64,000 bases of DNA from Pocillopora damicornis (Eukaryota): the NCBI RefSeq assembly GCF_003704095.1, contig NW_020843837.1, forward strand, positions 310,001-374,000. Direction: 5' to 3'. The notes beneath the pieces are model-generated. The model made no database searches, had not been told where the DNA came from, and worked only from the letters and a program-made list of their open reading frames with translations. How positions within the stretch are numbered: position 1 is the stretch's first letter; every line of letters begins with the position of its first letter. The translations under genes and the position numbers were made by a program. Positions 49,400 through 62,700 of the stretch are shown here, piece by piece.

Positions 49400-49910
49400 G
49401 AAGGAACAAAACAATGGTATATTTAAAGGGAAATACTCGCGTCTCATTTTGGAACGCTTCAATTAGAAAAAAAAGTTAGATAGCAAACATGACAAAAAAA
49501 TGTCAACTTGGATCTGGAAAAGTGTTTGATAGGACTTACACGGCATCAACATCTACATATTAAATTTAAAGGACAACTATTGGTTTTACTTTCACAATAA
49601 CCCAATTACTGGTCTCTTAATATAATTTAAATAATTTTTGTTAAAGGGACACTGTGAGGTTCGAATGGTCTCAGGATGGTTTACGGGTTCTTTATCTAAA
49701 CAGAAGGGTAAACACGTACGCCGAGACACTAGCTATCGCAATCTGCAACACAAATCTAACGGTTTCTGCGTGGATCAAACCATGTTAGCCAAAAACATGC
49801 CAACTATTTACACAGATTAATCAGACCCAAACTCAGTTTGGGTTACACAAGAAGAAGAGTAGACAGTGCCGACGATATCTTTTCGATCTGCACAAAGTAA
49901 GCCTGTTATG
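49400..49910 (+). mobile_element. Highly decayed non-LTR retrotransposon reverse-transcriptase fragment
   Basis: Ordered degenerate motifs across frameshifts: EQNNGIFKGKYS (cf. EQxGFRxGRST), NLDLEK/FDR (cf. DLxKAFDxV), KGQLL, and TIYTD* (cf. YADD). Confidence 0.4.
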
Positions 49911-51604
49911 TAATTGGTTATAACAGATACGTGAGTCCCATTTCAGACTACAAACCTTTCAGCAAACCAGAGAATATGTGAAACGGGTGGTTTGAGTCTT
50001 TCGCTTAACGGCCTGATTAACCAATCGTTTTGATGTCCACATTACTGTGATATTACTAACGGTAATGCTGCTACTGCTTTTATTACTGTTGTTCCTGCCA
50101 CTACCTACTCTTTTACTAATTCAGTAATTGGCACATTGGGCTCTGAAGGGAGGCATTGAGTCCTCTGCATTTAGGCGTCTGCCCAGGGGTCAAAAATATT
50201 ATTTGCAGACCTTGATACTGTAAGGAGAAATTAGATTCTGGTCACTCTCAGGGGTCAAAAGGTTTAGAGGGATAGAAAATCAGTGTTTATGGTGCCAGTT
50301 GATCTCAATGAGAAGATACTAGCCTCAATGTAGTACAGCATATCTGTTTAAGGTAAAAATGTTTCATTGAAAAATGAAAAAATGTTTCATGAAAGTCCAC
50401 GCCTGCAAAGGATCATGGATAATTGCAAATCCAGTTAAACATGACAAGAATGTTATATTTTGCTAAAAACCAATAAGTTTAGTGACTATAAGTGTAGAAT
50501 AAACCTATATGGTTAATTTTGTCCTAAAATAAAAAAAATCGTTTTTAAGCATGTTGCAGGAACGGGTATTGTGATTGTGCTTCTCATCTATATATAAGCA
50601 TTATCTTTAATCACCAGAGTTATCATAATACCATAGGTACACTTTCAGCATCACGAACGGCAAGGATTCAGTTTCGGTGCAAATTCAATTACAAACAAAT
50701 TTAAAGAAAGAAAATAATTTGAAACGTATTCATCTCAAGACCTCACAAACCTTTCACTATTTAATAATTACGAATAGCTGTTTCAGTTTTTTTTTCACGT
50801 AATTCAATAAATCTATACACTAGTTCTTCAATTTTTTTGATACATAAGATTAGAACACAATTTCACCACGGGAGAAACACTTGAGGTATGCGTGATTTAA
50901 AGAGTTTTTTGAGAAAGGAAACATATTTGAAACACTCTTGATTAAATCAGCTAATAAGGGATTGAAAAACAAAATTGCTGCAACTAGCTTACGATGTTAA
51001 CAGTTTAGGTTAGTCACCCTTTCGATGAAGAAGGCTAAAAAATTCCGTAAAAAATTAAACAATAAATATCTATGGTTCAATCTTTGCAAGGGATACTTCA
51101 CCTCAAAATACCCGCTGAAAGCAATAAAATAAAACGTTCATCGTCTCTGCATTGCTCTTTTTTTCTTTTTTTCGATCCTCACTTAAGAGTCAGGCTCTTT
51201 GAAAAAATCCCCGCTGGTAGGAAAAACTGCCGTCACAACGCAGACTAAATGTCCGTTCGAGGCAGTGTGTATTTAATTAAAACACTTTCATATTAGATAC
51301 TGATAGGGATGTCGTACACAACTCTCAACCGCGATCTTGATACGATCTTAATGTTTATTTAAACATGTTTAAACAAATTGTCTTTAAATCACTCCATGGT
51401 AACTTTCGAAAAAAGGTGAGAGAGCCAACCCTGTTCCCAAGAGCCCTGTTTGTTGAAAAGGCCCTGGGAAAAGTTTTGAGTCATAGCATGCCTTAAAAAA
51501 AAAGCGAGAAACACGATGAATATATGACGATGATGACAACTTAGGGTTCCCCTAGCTCCCTCCCCAATTGCTGTCGACTTTTCCATTCCCCCCCCCAGTT
51601 GTAC

Positions 51605-51745
51605 GAGGGTCTGAATATGGTTAATTGACAACTGACAAATGGCCAAAATTTTAACTGAAAAATCGCTGAAAATCTAACTGACAGCTGATAAACGGCGGAA
51701 ATTTTAATTGACAAATGACATTTGTACCCCCTCATCCAGACTCTT
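51605..51745. mobile_element. 141-bp MITE with a 4-bp GTAC target-site duplication
   Basis: GTAC|GAGGGTCTGAAT...ATCCAGACTCTT|GTAC, with internal tandem AAYTGACA motifs. Confidence 0.7.
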
Positions 51746-52123
51746 GTACTCCTGCTGCGTTAAATATCACTCAGGTAGGGATGAAAAGTGGCTGATACGG
51801 TTTATCTATTTAATATTTTTTCTTTGTGGTATCTTACAACTTCCGAAGTCTTCAAGGTTTCTCGACCTGTGTAATCTTTTTTAAGATGCTTAGCTTTTCG
51901 CCGCTCAACAGTATGCAACATTTTTGGATTTCTGAAAGCACGCATGAGCATTCGTACTTGATCGGTATGGCTCAGTAACGAGCCTGAATGCAAAAGAAGA
52001 TATCAGATTCTGAAAATAACAGCTGACTGCGTTTTGCAGTCAGTTTAAACTACGTACAACTACGTATTTCACATAGGAAAATAATCTACGAGTAATTTAC
52101 AGTCTCCAACTTTTCACAATCTA

Positions 52124-55100
52124 TCACGGCTGCAGGAGAACTTTCCCTGTTGTCTGCCTTCCTTCTAACATGTCGTGGGCCTTTTTCACATCAGACAAGG
52201 GAACCACTGTGATTCCGCCGCTAAATTTGAGTTTTCCTTCAGTCAACCAAGTGAAAAGCTCTGTGGCTCTTTGGCTGTATTCAGCTGGATCCTCCACAAA
52301 GTGGAAATTGACACCATATGTGACGTAAAAGGAACCTTTGGCAAGCACGCCGGTATCGAGAGGCTCAGGGCGACCTGACGCTCCACCGAATAAAACAACG
52401 GTTCCTCGACGTGCCAGACAACCGAAATCTGGGTTTAAAAAGGAAGGCCACATACATTTTAAGTCACAAGTCATTCTCTTAAATTTTGCCNNNNNNNNNN
52501 NNNNNNNNNNNNNNNNNNNNNNNNNNNNNNNNNNNNNNNNNNNNNNNNNNNNNNNNNNNNNNNNNNNNNNNNNNATCAGTTGTCGATGACAGAGTATAAA
52601 GGAGAGACTGTAGAAAATTAATTGCCAATTAACTCTAAGTGAGGGGAAGATCATAAGAATATTACACAGCCTTAGATGGGGGGAGGGGTCAGGTACACTC
52701 TACTGTGACACAACCAAAGTCCTCCAACCCCCCTCCCCAAGTGATAAATAATGACTGAGTGATGATCAATTACTATCAAACCAACCAACCTTCACCTTAA
52801 ACTAGCAAAGTTTCATTAAGCTTTGTGTTGTTTAAGTCCAGAAAAAATACACAGTGACTACTTTCTGGCATTTTAAACTCATTTCACTAATAAAAGGAGT
52901 AGAATTGACTAAAATTATTTTTACTCTCTATTCAAGTGATGCATCTGTTACAATGGTGATTTTTCTCATATTATGAACTGTAAATGTTGATCCTCTTTTG
53001 GAGTAGGGCCCATCTACTTTTCCTTGGGAAACCAAGACATGTTTTGTGAATTCACATTCCCATTATTTTGCATAGTTTTCAATTTCATATTCTTTTTATT
53101 AACCATGCTTGTTCCATAATGATGGTTGGATATCAGACCCCTTCTTTTAAATTTCATGGACCAAAGCAATGTTCAATAGAGGTAGAGCAATTATCAAGTG
53201 ATCATCGAAAAATATTCAGGATTGCTCCACTTTCGGTTTACCTTGTTCTGCCACTGGTCCAGAAACTCACACCACTATCTCAACCAACCAGACTCAAAAC
53301 TAAAACCAATCACGTCTTGGTCTCCCATGTTTTCCTGCACTTTAGGTAGTTAGCTGGTTTTTATTTTGAGTTCTCATTAGCTCCTTGTAGTATTTTTCCC
53401 ATGTTCTGATTGGCTGTTTTGATAACTTTGGTTTTCATTTTATGGCACTCAATCGAAAAGTGCTTGATCTAACACTGAGTCACAAACATATCAATGTACT
53501 GCTTACCATGCTTGCACCTCAATTCAAATGGAGCTGAGAATAAGCTGGATAAGTGGGATTTGACCTAATTTCATATGGTATACAGTTCCCTCATATAATT
53601 ACTTACTCTTGAGGAATGTTGTTTTTCCAACACCATCATAAATAACAGTCACCCCTTTTCCATCAGTGATCCTGTTGACTTCTTCAACAAAATCTTTCTG
53701 TGAGTAAAGAATGACCTCATCAGCACCAGCCTCCCTCGCTTTTGATGCTTTGGCCTCAGTGCTGGTTGTTCCAATCACAAAAGCTCCTATAAATCGGCTC
53801 AAAAAGTTTAATGGGGAAAGTAGAAGACAAAAGATGAAGAAGAAGTTATTTGATTGCTTTTCCCATTTATCATATTTACTTTAATTTTGACAAAAATGTT
53901 TGTTGCCCAAAACAAACTTGGAACAATCTGACCTAAGACAGCCTGTACCTGTATTCTTTGCGATCTGAGTAATCAAGCTTCCAACTCCACCAGCAGCTGC
54001 ATGAACCAAAACTTTGTCTCCAGCTTTGATTGGATAAGAAGAACATGCAAACGCATGTGCAGTGAACCCCTGCCATAAGGTGCTGGCAGCTTGCTCCATG
54101 GTAAGCTGATCAGGCACTTTAACAGCATATTTGGCTCCAACTTTGCTGTACTGTGAATAGGCATCTTAAAACAAGAAAGATAGTTATGGTGAATATCAGT
54201 CTAAACAAAGGTGACTTGAGTATGCTAATAATAAGAGGTTACGTCACACAACAGTTGGTGTAAACAATGGTGAAAAGGATTTTTTTAGGAGGTAACAAGT
54301 CAACTTTGTACATATGCCCCCAACACCCCTCCCTCTCTTATAATAGAGATCAAGATAAAAGAGATCTGTAAGAAGGAATTAGCCATACTACTTATCACTT
54401 TCAGAGAGAAAACTGGCAATTATATTCCTGAACAATAACTATGAGGCTGGAAGGTTGGAGGGCAGGCCAAGATCAATTGAAATGTTAGATGCGAAAAGTG
54501 TTTATGAGTGGCCCTTATAATTACTTACTTGAGCCAATAAATCCAAATGCAACCCTGTCTCCTACAGAGAGGCCCTGAACACCAGAACCCAGTTTCTCTA
54601 CTGTCCCTGCTCCTTCAAATCCCAAGATTCCTCCAGGTTGTACTAGTTTCATGATTCCTTGTCTGACATAAGTATCAATGAAGTTTAAACCAGCAAAATG
54701 ATTCTTAACTAGGACCTGTTGAAGCAAAAGAGGTTGGGTGAATTTTTCCATCGCAATCCTCTGAAGTGAAACAATCAATATCATTATTGTAAAACTCCTT
54801 TCAGGGTTTACTAGGGCAGGATAGTAACACATATGTGAAATGATAAAATCCATGATAAAGCACATAGATTTATGGATCAGTGCTTCCTATCTGTTACAAA
54901 GTTCACAAGTGTTTAACACTTAGATATGTCTACCGATCAATAGTATCGTTGCTCAACAGACTGTAGGGATGCAAACCCTCCCATTAATCAAGGATGTACC
55001 ATATCTGGCTAATTTAATCACCCCATACGAGTTGATTATAGCAGAGGTGTTTAACGTCACTTTTAAGATTGAAATGCTTCTTCTTAAACATTTTAAGCCT

Positions 55101-55742
55101 GTTTAACACTCCCTTGCAAACGTTGACTTGACCAGAACACAATTTCACGTACCATTCCCGTGTTACTTCTTTCTGTGCAGGTTATGAGGTAGAAGCAAAG
55201 ACAATACGGTAAAATTTCCACACAGCCCCATAATATTGTAAAACAAATCTGTTTTCCCAATTGTAATTTATTGTTTTGTCATTGTTTACTCTATCCAAGA
55301 ACTGAATGTATAATTCAGTATAGGACTGAGCGGGAATTTTACCGACAATACAAATACGTACACAAGCGAAATCATCGTTCCTCAGTTCTAACAAACACCA
55401 CTCTATTACTTGGGGCCTTAAAAGTCCCTGTCTACTCGAAAAAAAAGAAAAAAGGACTTTTAAAGCATCTCTAAGAAATAGCAGGAATTTTAAACGGTTC
55501 CTACGAGTGCATCTGCCAACAATTTTGGCTAAAGTAAACAATGGCATCGAGTCACGAACCTCATCAGGTCCTGGTTCTGGAATTGGCACATCTTCGTAGC
55601 TAAGTTTACTAGAATTACCGTACTCATGTATCACAACTGCCTTCATCGAAGTCGACATGCTGGCCATCAAGGACAAGTGAGTTTTTCTTACTTGTCTTAA
55701 TGAAGAAACTGAGACCCGTCTGAAAGCGAGACAGATCGACAT
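52124..55742 (-). CDS. NADPH:quinone oxidoreductase, zeta-crystallin/QorA-like MDR family, with a probable mitochondrial presequence (about 356 aa)
   Basis: Exons 55742-55560, 54715-54529, 54164-53949, 53786-53607 and 52428-52124 splice in frame. Motifs are MKAVVIHEYG, AGLNFIDTYVRQG, LGFEGAGTV, VLVHAAAGGVG, GVTVIYDGVGKTTF, FGGASG and AHDMLEGRQTTGKVLL. The N-terminal extension is Arg/Ser-rich with no acidic residues. Confidence 0.92.
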
Positions 55743-56133
55743 GCTACCCAGTTATAGCATGATACAAAGTAACAGTTACAACGTCTGTCACGCTATCTAG
55801 TAACAGTCACGCTATCTTTCGGTGTGAGCTTCATAGTTCTAAGTTAGACGTCCATTTAGCTCCACTGGCTCTACGTTATATGCTTTTTGAGTAAAACGCG
55901 AAGTTATTGGCTATTGGGTAAACCTAGTCGGTGTTCATATGCCGTAAAAAGGGTCCAAACTTGAGCGTGACGCTGCACCTGGTACTACAGTCGTCTTGAC
56001 CAGCGTTCAGTCCAACTCGCATCGCATACTTCAAATATCACAACAACACTGTTTTGCCTTGTTTTGAACGTCCAACACATGACTATTTGCGGTTTTTAAA
56101 TCTGTTTTATTTGGAAGTGTCTATGTCAAGAAT
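55743..56133. promoter_or_regulatory. Bidirectional promoter region between the quinone oxidoreductase and the BROX-like gene
   Basis: The divergent ATGs are 391 bp apart. The region is CpG-rich, with GTCACGCT at 55787 and 55806 and an inverted copy at 55964. Confidence 0.65.
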
Positions 56134-56644
56134 ATGGCACATCCTGCGTGTGGAAAAAAGCTTACAGATCGTATTAATTTTGGAATAGCACTCGAAGGAG
56201 TACCGGACAATTTGGCACCATTCGTTCATGATTCCACAAGAAAGTAAGTCGCCATAATTTTTTAGTGTTGTCGTCTTTAGTCGAACCGTAAGAGATTTTG
56301 CAGTTGTTTTCCAGTAATTCCTCCATCTCATTTACAGACGCCAAGGAATCGAAGAAGCTTTAAAACAAGCTGATGGATCGAGTGAAACAGTTGTGAACAC
56401 TCTGAGGGAATATGTTGTTATGAACACCACATTAAAAAGCATACTACAGAAAGTGAGCATATTTGTTTAATGATCATATATACACCCGTTCTCGAAAACG
56501 TTGCAATTGGAAGAAAAAATTTATGATATGCATACACCTTTTGTTTTCTCATCAAAAAGTGTCTCTTTATTATAAGAATATAAAAAACATATATATATAT
56601 ATATATATATTTCAATTATATTTTTAAATTGCAACGTTTTTGAA

Positions 56645-56719
<75 letters not shown>

Positions 56720-59700
56720 CATATAAATTATACATAACTAACTGTAGACAGTACTGTTTCAACCTTCTGGGCCTCGCTAAGAAGGAGGTGTAAGCACTAA
56801 GTTACCCTGAATGATCCCACAATTATGGTGTCATCCAAGCCATTAAAAAATTATATATATATATATTCTTTTCTTTATTAATTTATTTCTATTCTTTTTC
56901 ATAGTCATATTTTAAGATGCTTCACCTCCCAAATTATCATTTGGAAGCTAAAATCTGATGTGCATGAATTTTCCTTTTTCCATTGTAGGTCAAAAGTTTC
57001 TCTCGACTCAGGTTAGTAGAAAGCATGTAAACACTTTCTACCCAATGAAACATACAGGATGGAAGAAGCTTCAGTTGTGTGATGAAATAATTAAGTGAAA
57101 TTTTTTTTTTTTTTTTTTCATCTTGAAAATTTCTGGAAAGCCCACAATAATTTTTTGAATGGTCTTGAAAAGGAAACATGACAATATATGATGCAAACCT
57201 CTATCCTCTGATAATGAAGATTAAGAAAAAAATTTCATATTAAAAGTAGCTGGATTAAAACATAATGTTTCGGCAACAAATGTCACCATTATCAAATATA
57301 AAATTATTTTAAGATCAGTGATGTTAAATAAAGAAAGGAAAGTGTGAACTAAATTAGAATGAAAATGAGATAGAGTAAAACAAATGAATATACATAATTA
57401 TATGAACAGTTGCACTGGAATGGAATCTTTTTGAGTGTTCATAGTCTCTCTCTTTCTCTATAATATCCATTAGCCTCAATCCTCAAAGTTTTTGAGAATT
57501 GAGGATTAGGAATTGGGAAACAAGGACTGATCATTAGTTCAGAGGGACTCTCCACTAATGTTAGAGCAGCTCTGTATGCTCCAACTTTGAAAGTGGTGCT
57601 GTGACTTCCCTTTTCATACCCTCACAGAGACTATGACTGGAGCAAGCTATGGTTAGGTTACAAAACAACTGACCAAAAATGAAGTAAGCTCACCCTCAAC
57701 CCTTTAACTCCCAGAACTGACTAACATGTAACTTCTCCCTATAATCTCCATAAGTTATCCAGCAGACAGGCTAGTAGAATTCTCAATTAGCAGATACAAG
57801 TTTCTCTTTATCTTATACCAAATTCTTAGGAGTTATAGTCAATGTGTTAATTAAGCCAATTCATTTCCCAAAGTGCTAAATAATTTTAACTATTATACAT
57901 TCAACTCAATGTCTCTTTTTTGATTGACTGAAAATGTACAATAAATTTTCAAAAGCAGCAGCCTTTGGCTTCAGCTGATAACCCCTATCTTGACCTTTAT
58001 TATCCTGGATATCACAAGAACATCTTCCAATAATTGTTTATGATTCATGCCCATATAGATTTAAGTGGTCTAACATTATGGATGATGATGAAAAAACTGT
58101 ATCCAGTAATGTAGATGAAGATATGGCATCCATGATGTTAGCAGCTGGAATATGGCACATAGAGCATGCTCATCTTGTAAGTAATACTTTTGTGAAAACT
58201 TCTTGATGTCAAGGAGATTGAAATTTGGTATTCAAGTAAACTAACTTTATTTTTTCCATCCTTTACCTTATGCAGGTCAATGGGAGCATTACAAATGAAG
58301 ATGAAGATGAAGAGAAAATGAAAGTAAGAAAAAAGCTTGTGCATTTTCTCATGTGAAACTTTCATGTACATTGGCTAATGTTGCACTCATATTACATCTT
58401 ATACTTCATCTCAGCAAAGCCTGAATTCCCTAAAGACAGCAGCAAGTATATTTGAGACTGCAAAATCCTGGGCAAGTCTGATCCAAGGAAGCAAAGATCT
58501 TACTGGTCAGTTTTTAACCACTTTTTTGCCATTATGAACTCTGTAACACCAAGTACAACACTGACATTACCAGGATAAATTTAGTCATTGGTATAACTAT
58601 TAATTTTTGATTTTGCTCTACAGTTCCAATACTGAGTGCATTATATCTTCAGTCACTTGCTGAGGGACAGGTAAAGCTACCCTGTACTCCAAAAAACACA
58701 TTGCATGTTGGAAAATATTTTTTAAATGATTAGAGTTATTCACGAGTGTTTAAATTTTGGTCGAGGCTATGTTAAAAACTTGTTGTAAAGATAGATTCAT
58801 TTGTGGAATGATGACATTAAACACCCTATAGTCAACAGGAGAATTTAGGCCCAATGAAATAAGAGGAGGCTAACTTTTAGCATTAACCCATTAACTCCCA
58901 AGATCTCATTAGTAATTCTCCTTATTGTCTGCCATACAGTTCTTGTGAAGTTAGTATGGAGAATTTGTTATTGGATCATTTTGTAATCCCCTGACTGATA
59001 TTTTTCTTCATTCTTATCACTTGTCTGCTTGATACTGTATTGATATTGCAAGGAGAAATTGTCAATTGGTCACTCATGAGACTGTTGAAGGGTTAATAGT
59101 TTGCAAGGAGATCGCACTGGTTTACTGGTAGTTATAATGACATACTTGGATTTTAAAAAGCTGACTTTTTAAGACTGATCCTGTAAAAATTATAGCAGAG
59201 GCAGTGGTTTGTGTTCCTTGTAGAAAATTATCTGATTTAGTGGTACATCAGATGAAAGTATGTTTATGTGGTCATCAAGTAACATCTCTCTAAGCCTTTT
59301 CATATCCAATAATGATGTAATTATTGAATCATTATTTGAAGAAAAACTATAAACTTTCCTTATTGATTTTTTAAAAAGACTGTCACCATCAGAAGAGCTG
59401 TCAGTAAAGACCACAAGGCTTCCCTCATCAGTGAACTCTGTCATGATGTATCACAGAAGTATACTGCTGCAGCTGGAGAAGTTGATGTGAGTTCCCAATT
59501 TTCTTTCACTCAGTAATTCAGTTAATAGCAAAGACTATTTACTGAGGCATACATATTTACTCAAGGTAACTGGTAACATCATGTAGAGTTCACAGTTAAA
59601 TCAAAATGCTAGATTTTCATCTCCTGTCCCTAGATGTTCTGACCAACTAAAGAATGGAACCTGTTGAATAATGATTATTTGGTTACATATTAGTTTACTA

Positions 59701-62700
59701 TGATTTTACCTTAACTTGAAACCCTGACTGAGTGGTTTGATTTTGAACCTGGGTCCCTAGTAGCACTGACTTGATATTGTGGCTGAGTTATCCTCAGCTA
59801 TCTTTGTGGCAAACAGCATTAATTCTGTCCACCCAAGAGTATATTTATAAATAGGATCTTCTGAACTTTGTTTGACCTGTATACTGTGCATTGAGTAATG
59901 CTACTTGGACCAAGTTTATTCTAACTACATTTATGTGTTTAAAGGAAACCTAGCTTTACAAACCAGCAATTCTAAACCATTTATTTTGGTTCTAAAGTTT
60001 TCCCTGCAGTCTTACGATTCTTGCACTGATTTCTCACTGTTATGAAGTTTGAGATGGTTCAACTATTTTTAAGACATCTGCAACAAGGACAAAGATTAGC
60101 TAGGATGAGTCAATTATCTGCTCTTCATTTCTGCAATACTTATTTAGAGATTGAAGTACTACTGCACTGTATGTTGAAAGAATTAGATGTAAGAAATAAA
60201 AACATTTGCTCATGGCTTCTACTCTTACTACATTTTTCATTAGGCTTCACATCATGAGGGACAAAAATGGTCGACATACTTAAGGTTTCAAGGTACTGAA
60301 CCATGACTATTTCCCATGTATTTTCCGCATTTAAATTTTATCTAAGCATCAATTTTCATAATAATTTGGTTTGGTAGAATGATTACTTAACTTCAGTATT
60401 GTATTACAAGGATGGATCAGAGTTGGGTAAAGAGGCCATCAGTTTTCCCTCCTTATTTGTGGGAATTCCTTTTTTTGTCTTATAATGTACGTTTTTATGA
60501 GTGTGTTGTTTGTAAGGAGTGAGGCAGTGCTCTAACAACAATATTTATGCTGCTGTTTCTCAATTCTTTTGATGCTTCTTTTAAACTGACACATTGACAA
60601 ACACCATCACTATGTCATCATTCTAACAGGTGAGACATACATGGCATTGGCAAGATGTTACCAGGGTGTTCATCTGTTGGAGACTGAAGAAAAGTAAGTG
60701 ATCTCTATTTAAAAACTGTATGTAATCATCTGCACTGTAGCTCACTTAGGAAAGTGTATAACAAAGTGGCAAAATTCCTCCAAAAGAGAGAATTGTTATT
60801 TATTTGTCATGTATTCAGTACAGAGAAGAATTTAATTTCCCAATGGGTTTCAAAACTCAGAGATTCAGATTGCAGGATGCACTACCATACAGATACAGTG
60901 TAATTATCAAAGCCATATAACAGGTCCAGTTCTGTGTCAGAGCATCATGACACCAAAATCCAAAGGTCTTAGGTTGGAAACCTTGTAGATTACTCAAAGT
61001 CTGTAGCATTCAAGGCTCATGCCAAATATATAAGGTCTTTTTTATCCATCTTTCTTGGCCTTATTGTTACTGCTGTCCTTAACGCTGTGTCTTGGTTGTT
61101 TTACACTGTTTTGACTCCTTTAAATTGACTTTCAGGTGTGGCGACTCTATTGTGGTGTTAGGTGAGGGATTCAAACACTTAAGTCAAGCCACTCATCTTT
61201 CTAAAGTAAGTACACCACTTACCCATATGGATTGTTGTTTTTTTTTTTAATCATATTATACATCTTTGTTTAAGTGCCTTCCATTTACATTCTGAAAAGA
61301 AAATAACGATACCGGAGTGGTTAATGTGAAGCAAATCCTTTATCACCTGGAAACTGGCTCAGAATAATTTAAGTTTACAGCAGTATAAAAGCATCCCATT
61401 CGGGGCAACATTTGAAGGGATAGTTGCTCCGTGCTGTATAATCAAGGTGAAGCAGTGTAGACCAGATACTCCTCATAGACTGACCGCATTGACAACTGTT
61501 ACTATCATAATACAACAAACTAAAATATAAATAGTTTAAGAATTCAAAGAATGAATGAAAGTTACAAGCCTGCCATAATCCTTACACTTTTCAGGAGTTG
61601 AAAATAATGACTATATACCAGTTAAGTTCTTTATAATTTTGGTTGTACCCTTTACCTTTGATTTATCGATATCCATGGTGATGGGATAAGTTCCTCGTTT
61701 TAAAATTTGATTTATGATTTTTTTTTCTTGTTCCTTTGTAGGAATATGATAAAATTAAACCAAAGACCAAACTTCACTTGGCTGAATCTGCACAATTTGA
61801 AAAGTAAAGTACATCAAATAATTTTTTTTCTTCTTTGTTTGTTTCTGCATACATGAAGAATGGGGTTACATCTTCATGTGCTTTTATTATCAAAAATGAA
61901 TACATATTTTTTCAATGTCCTTGCAATTAATAAACGAAAAAAAAATCATGTCATGCTATACACTGATGTCTTCGGGCCTTTCTGCACTGGTGAAAAAGTT
62001 GTTCATTAGGGCAAATTTTCGGTCATCACCAACATTCTACAAATGCAGATGGTTTTTCGCGACTTAACAAATTTTGGCCGAAGTGGACAAATCTATAAAC
62101 GTACCGCCGACAAATTTCCTCCCGGTTTAATAAACAAATCCATGCTAAAATTGTCGATCATTTGTAGGAAAATTTACGACCAGCGAGTAATTGAACTAAA
62201 ATCAGTTTACTAGGAAACTCGGGGATTCTAAAACTTTACAATGACTAAAGATGAATCGTGGAAATTGGAGTTGAAATCCTTTGGTAAACTGTGCAGGCCG
62301 GTCTTCTGAGTAGACCAGGCGCTGACTGAATTTGACAACTTTGAAATTTTTGATGCGGCTGCAACAGAGAAAACAAAGATTTGTCGTGACAAAAATTCGT
62401 CCTTTTAATGGTCGGGACAATTTAGTTTTGCCGCCAGTGCAGAAAGGCCGATAATCAAATTTGTCTTTGCTTCTAGGGTAAAAAAGGTGTTAAATGAAAA
62501 CAAAGCAAAGAGTGATAGAGAAAATAACTTGATATATCACCAGAAATTGCCTGAGGTATGAGAGACTTGTAGAGTGTAGTATGTATTTTGTTTAAGCTCC
62601 ATACTATGTCTATCTAAGCAATCTGTTTGTAAAAGAGAACGCGAGGGGACAGAGAGGGACAATCAGTGCTTCGGCAAGGACATGTCGGTTCCATAAGTCA

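Noticed and set aside
58472-58477. GC-AG donor (GCAAGT) in the BROX-like gene
   Set aside because: The canonical GT donor at 58506 gives the phase required by the next exon and keeps the homology.
59190-59444. 84-aa minus-strand ORF
   Set aside because: It is an antisense shadow of BROX-like exon 59379-59486.
60010-60110. Candidate BROX-like exon after CCCTGCAG
   Set aside because: It has stops in all usable frames, and the needed segment is supplied by exon 59379-59486.
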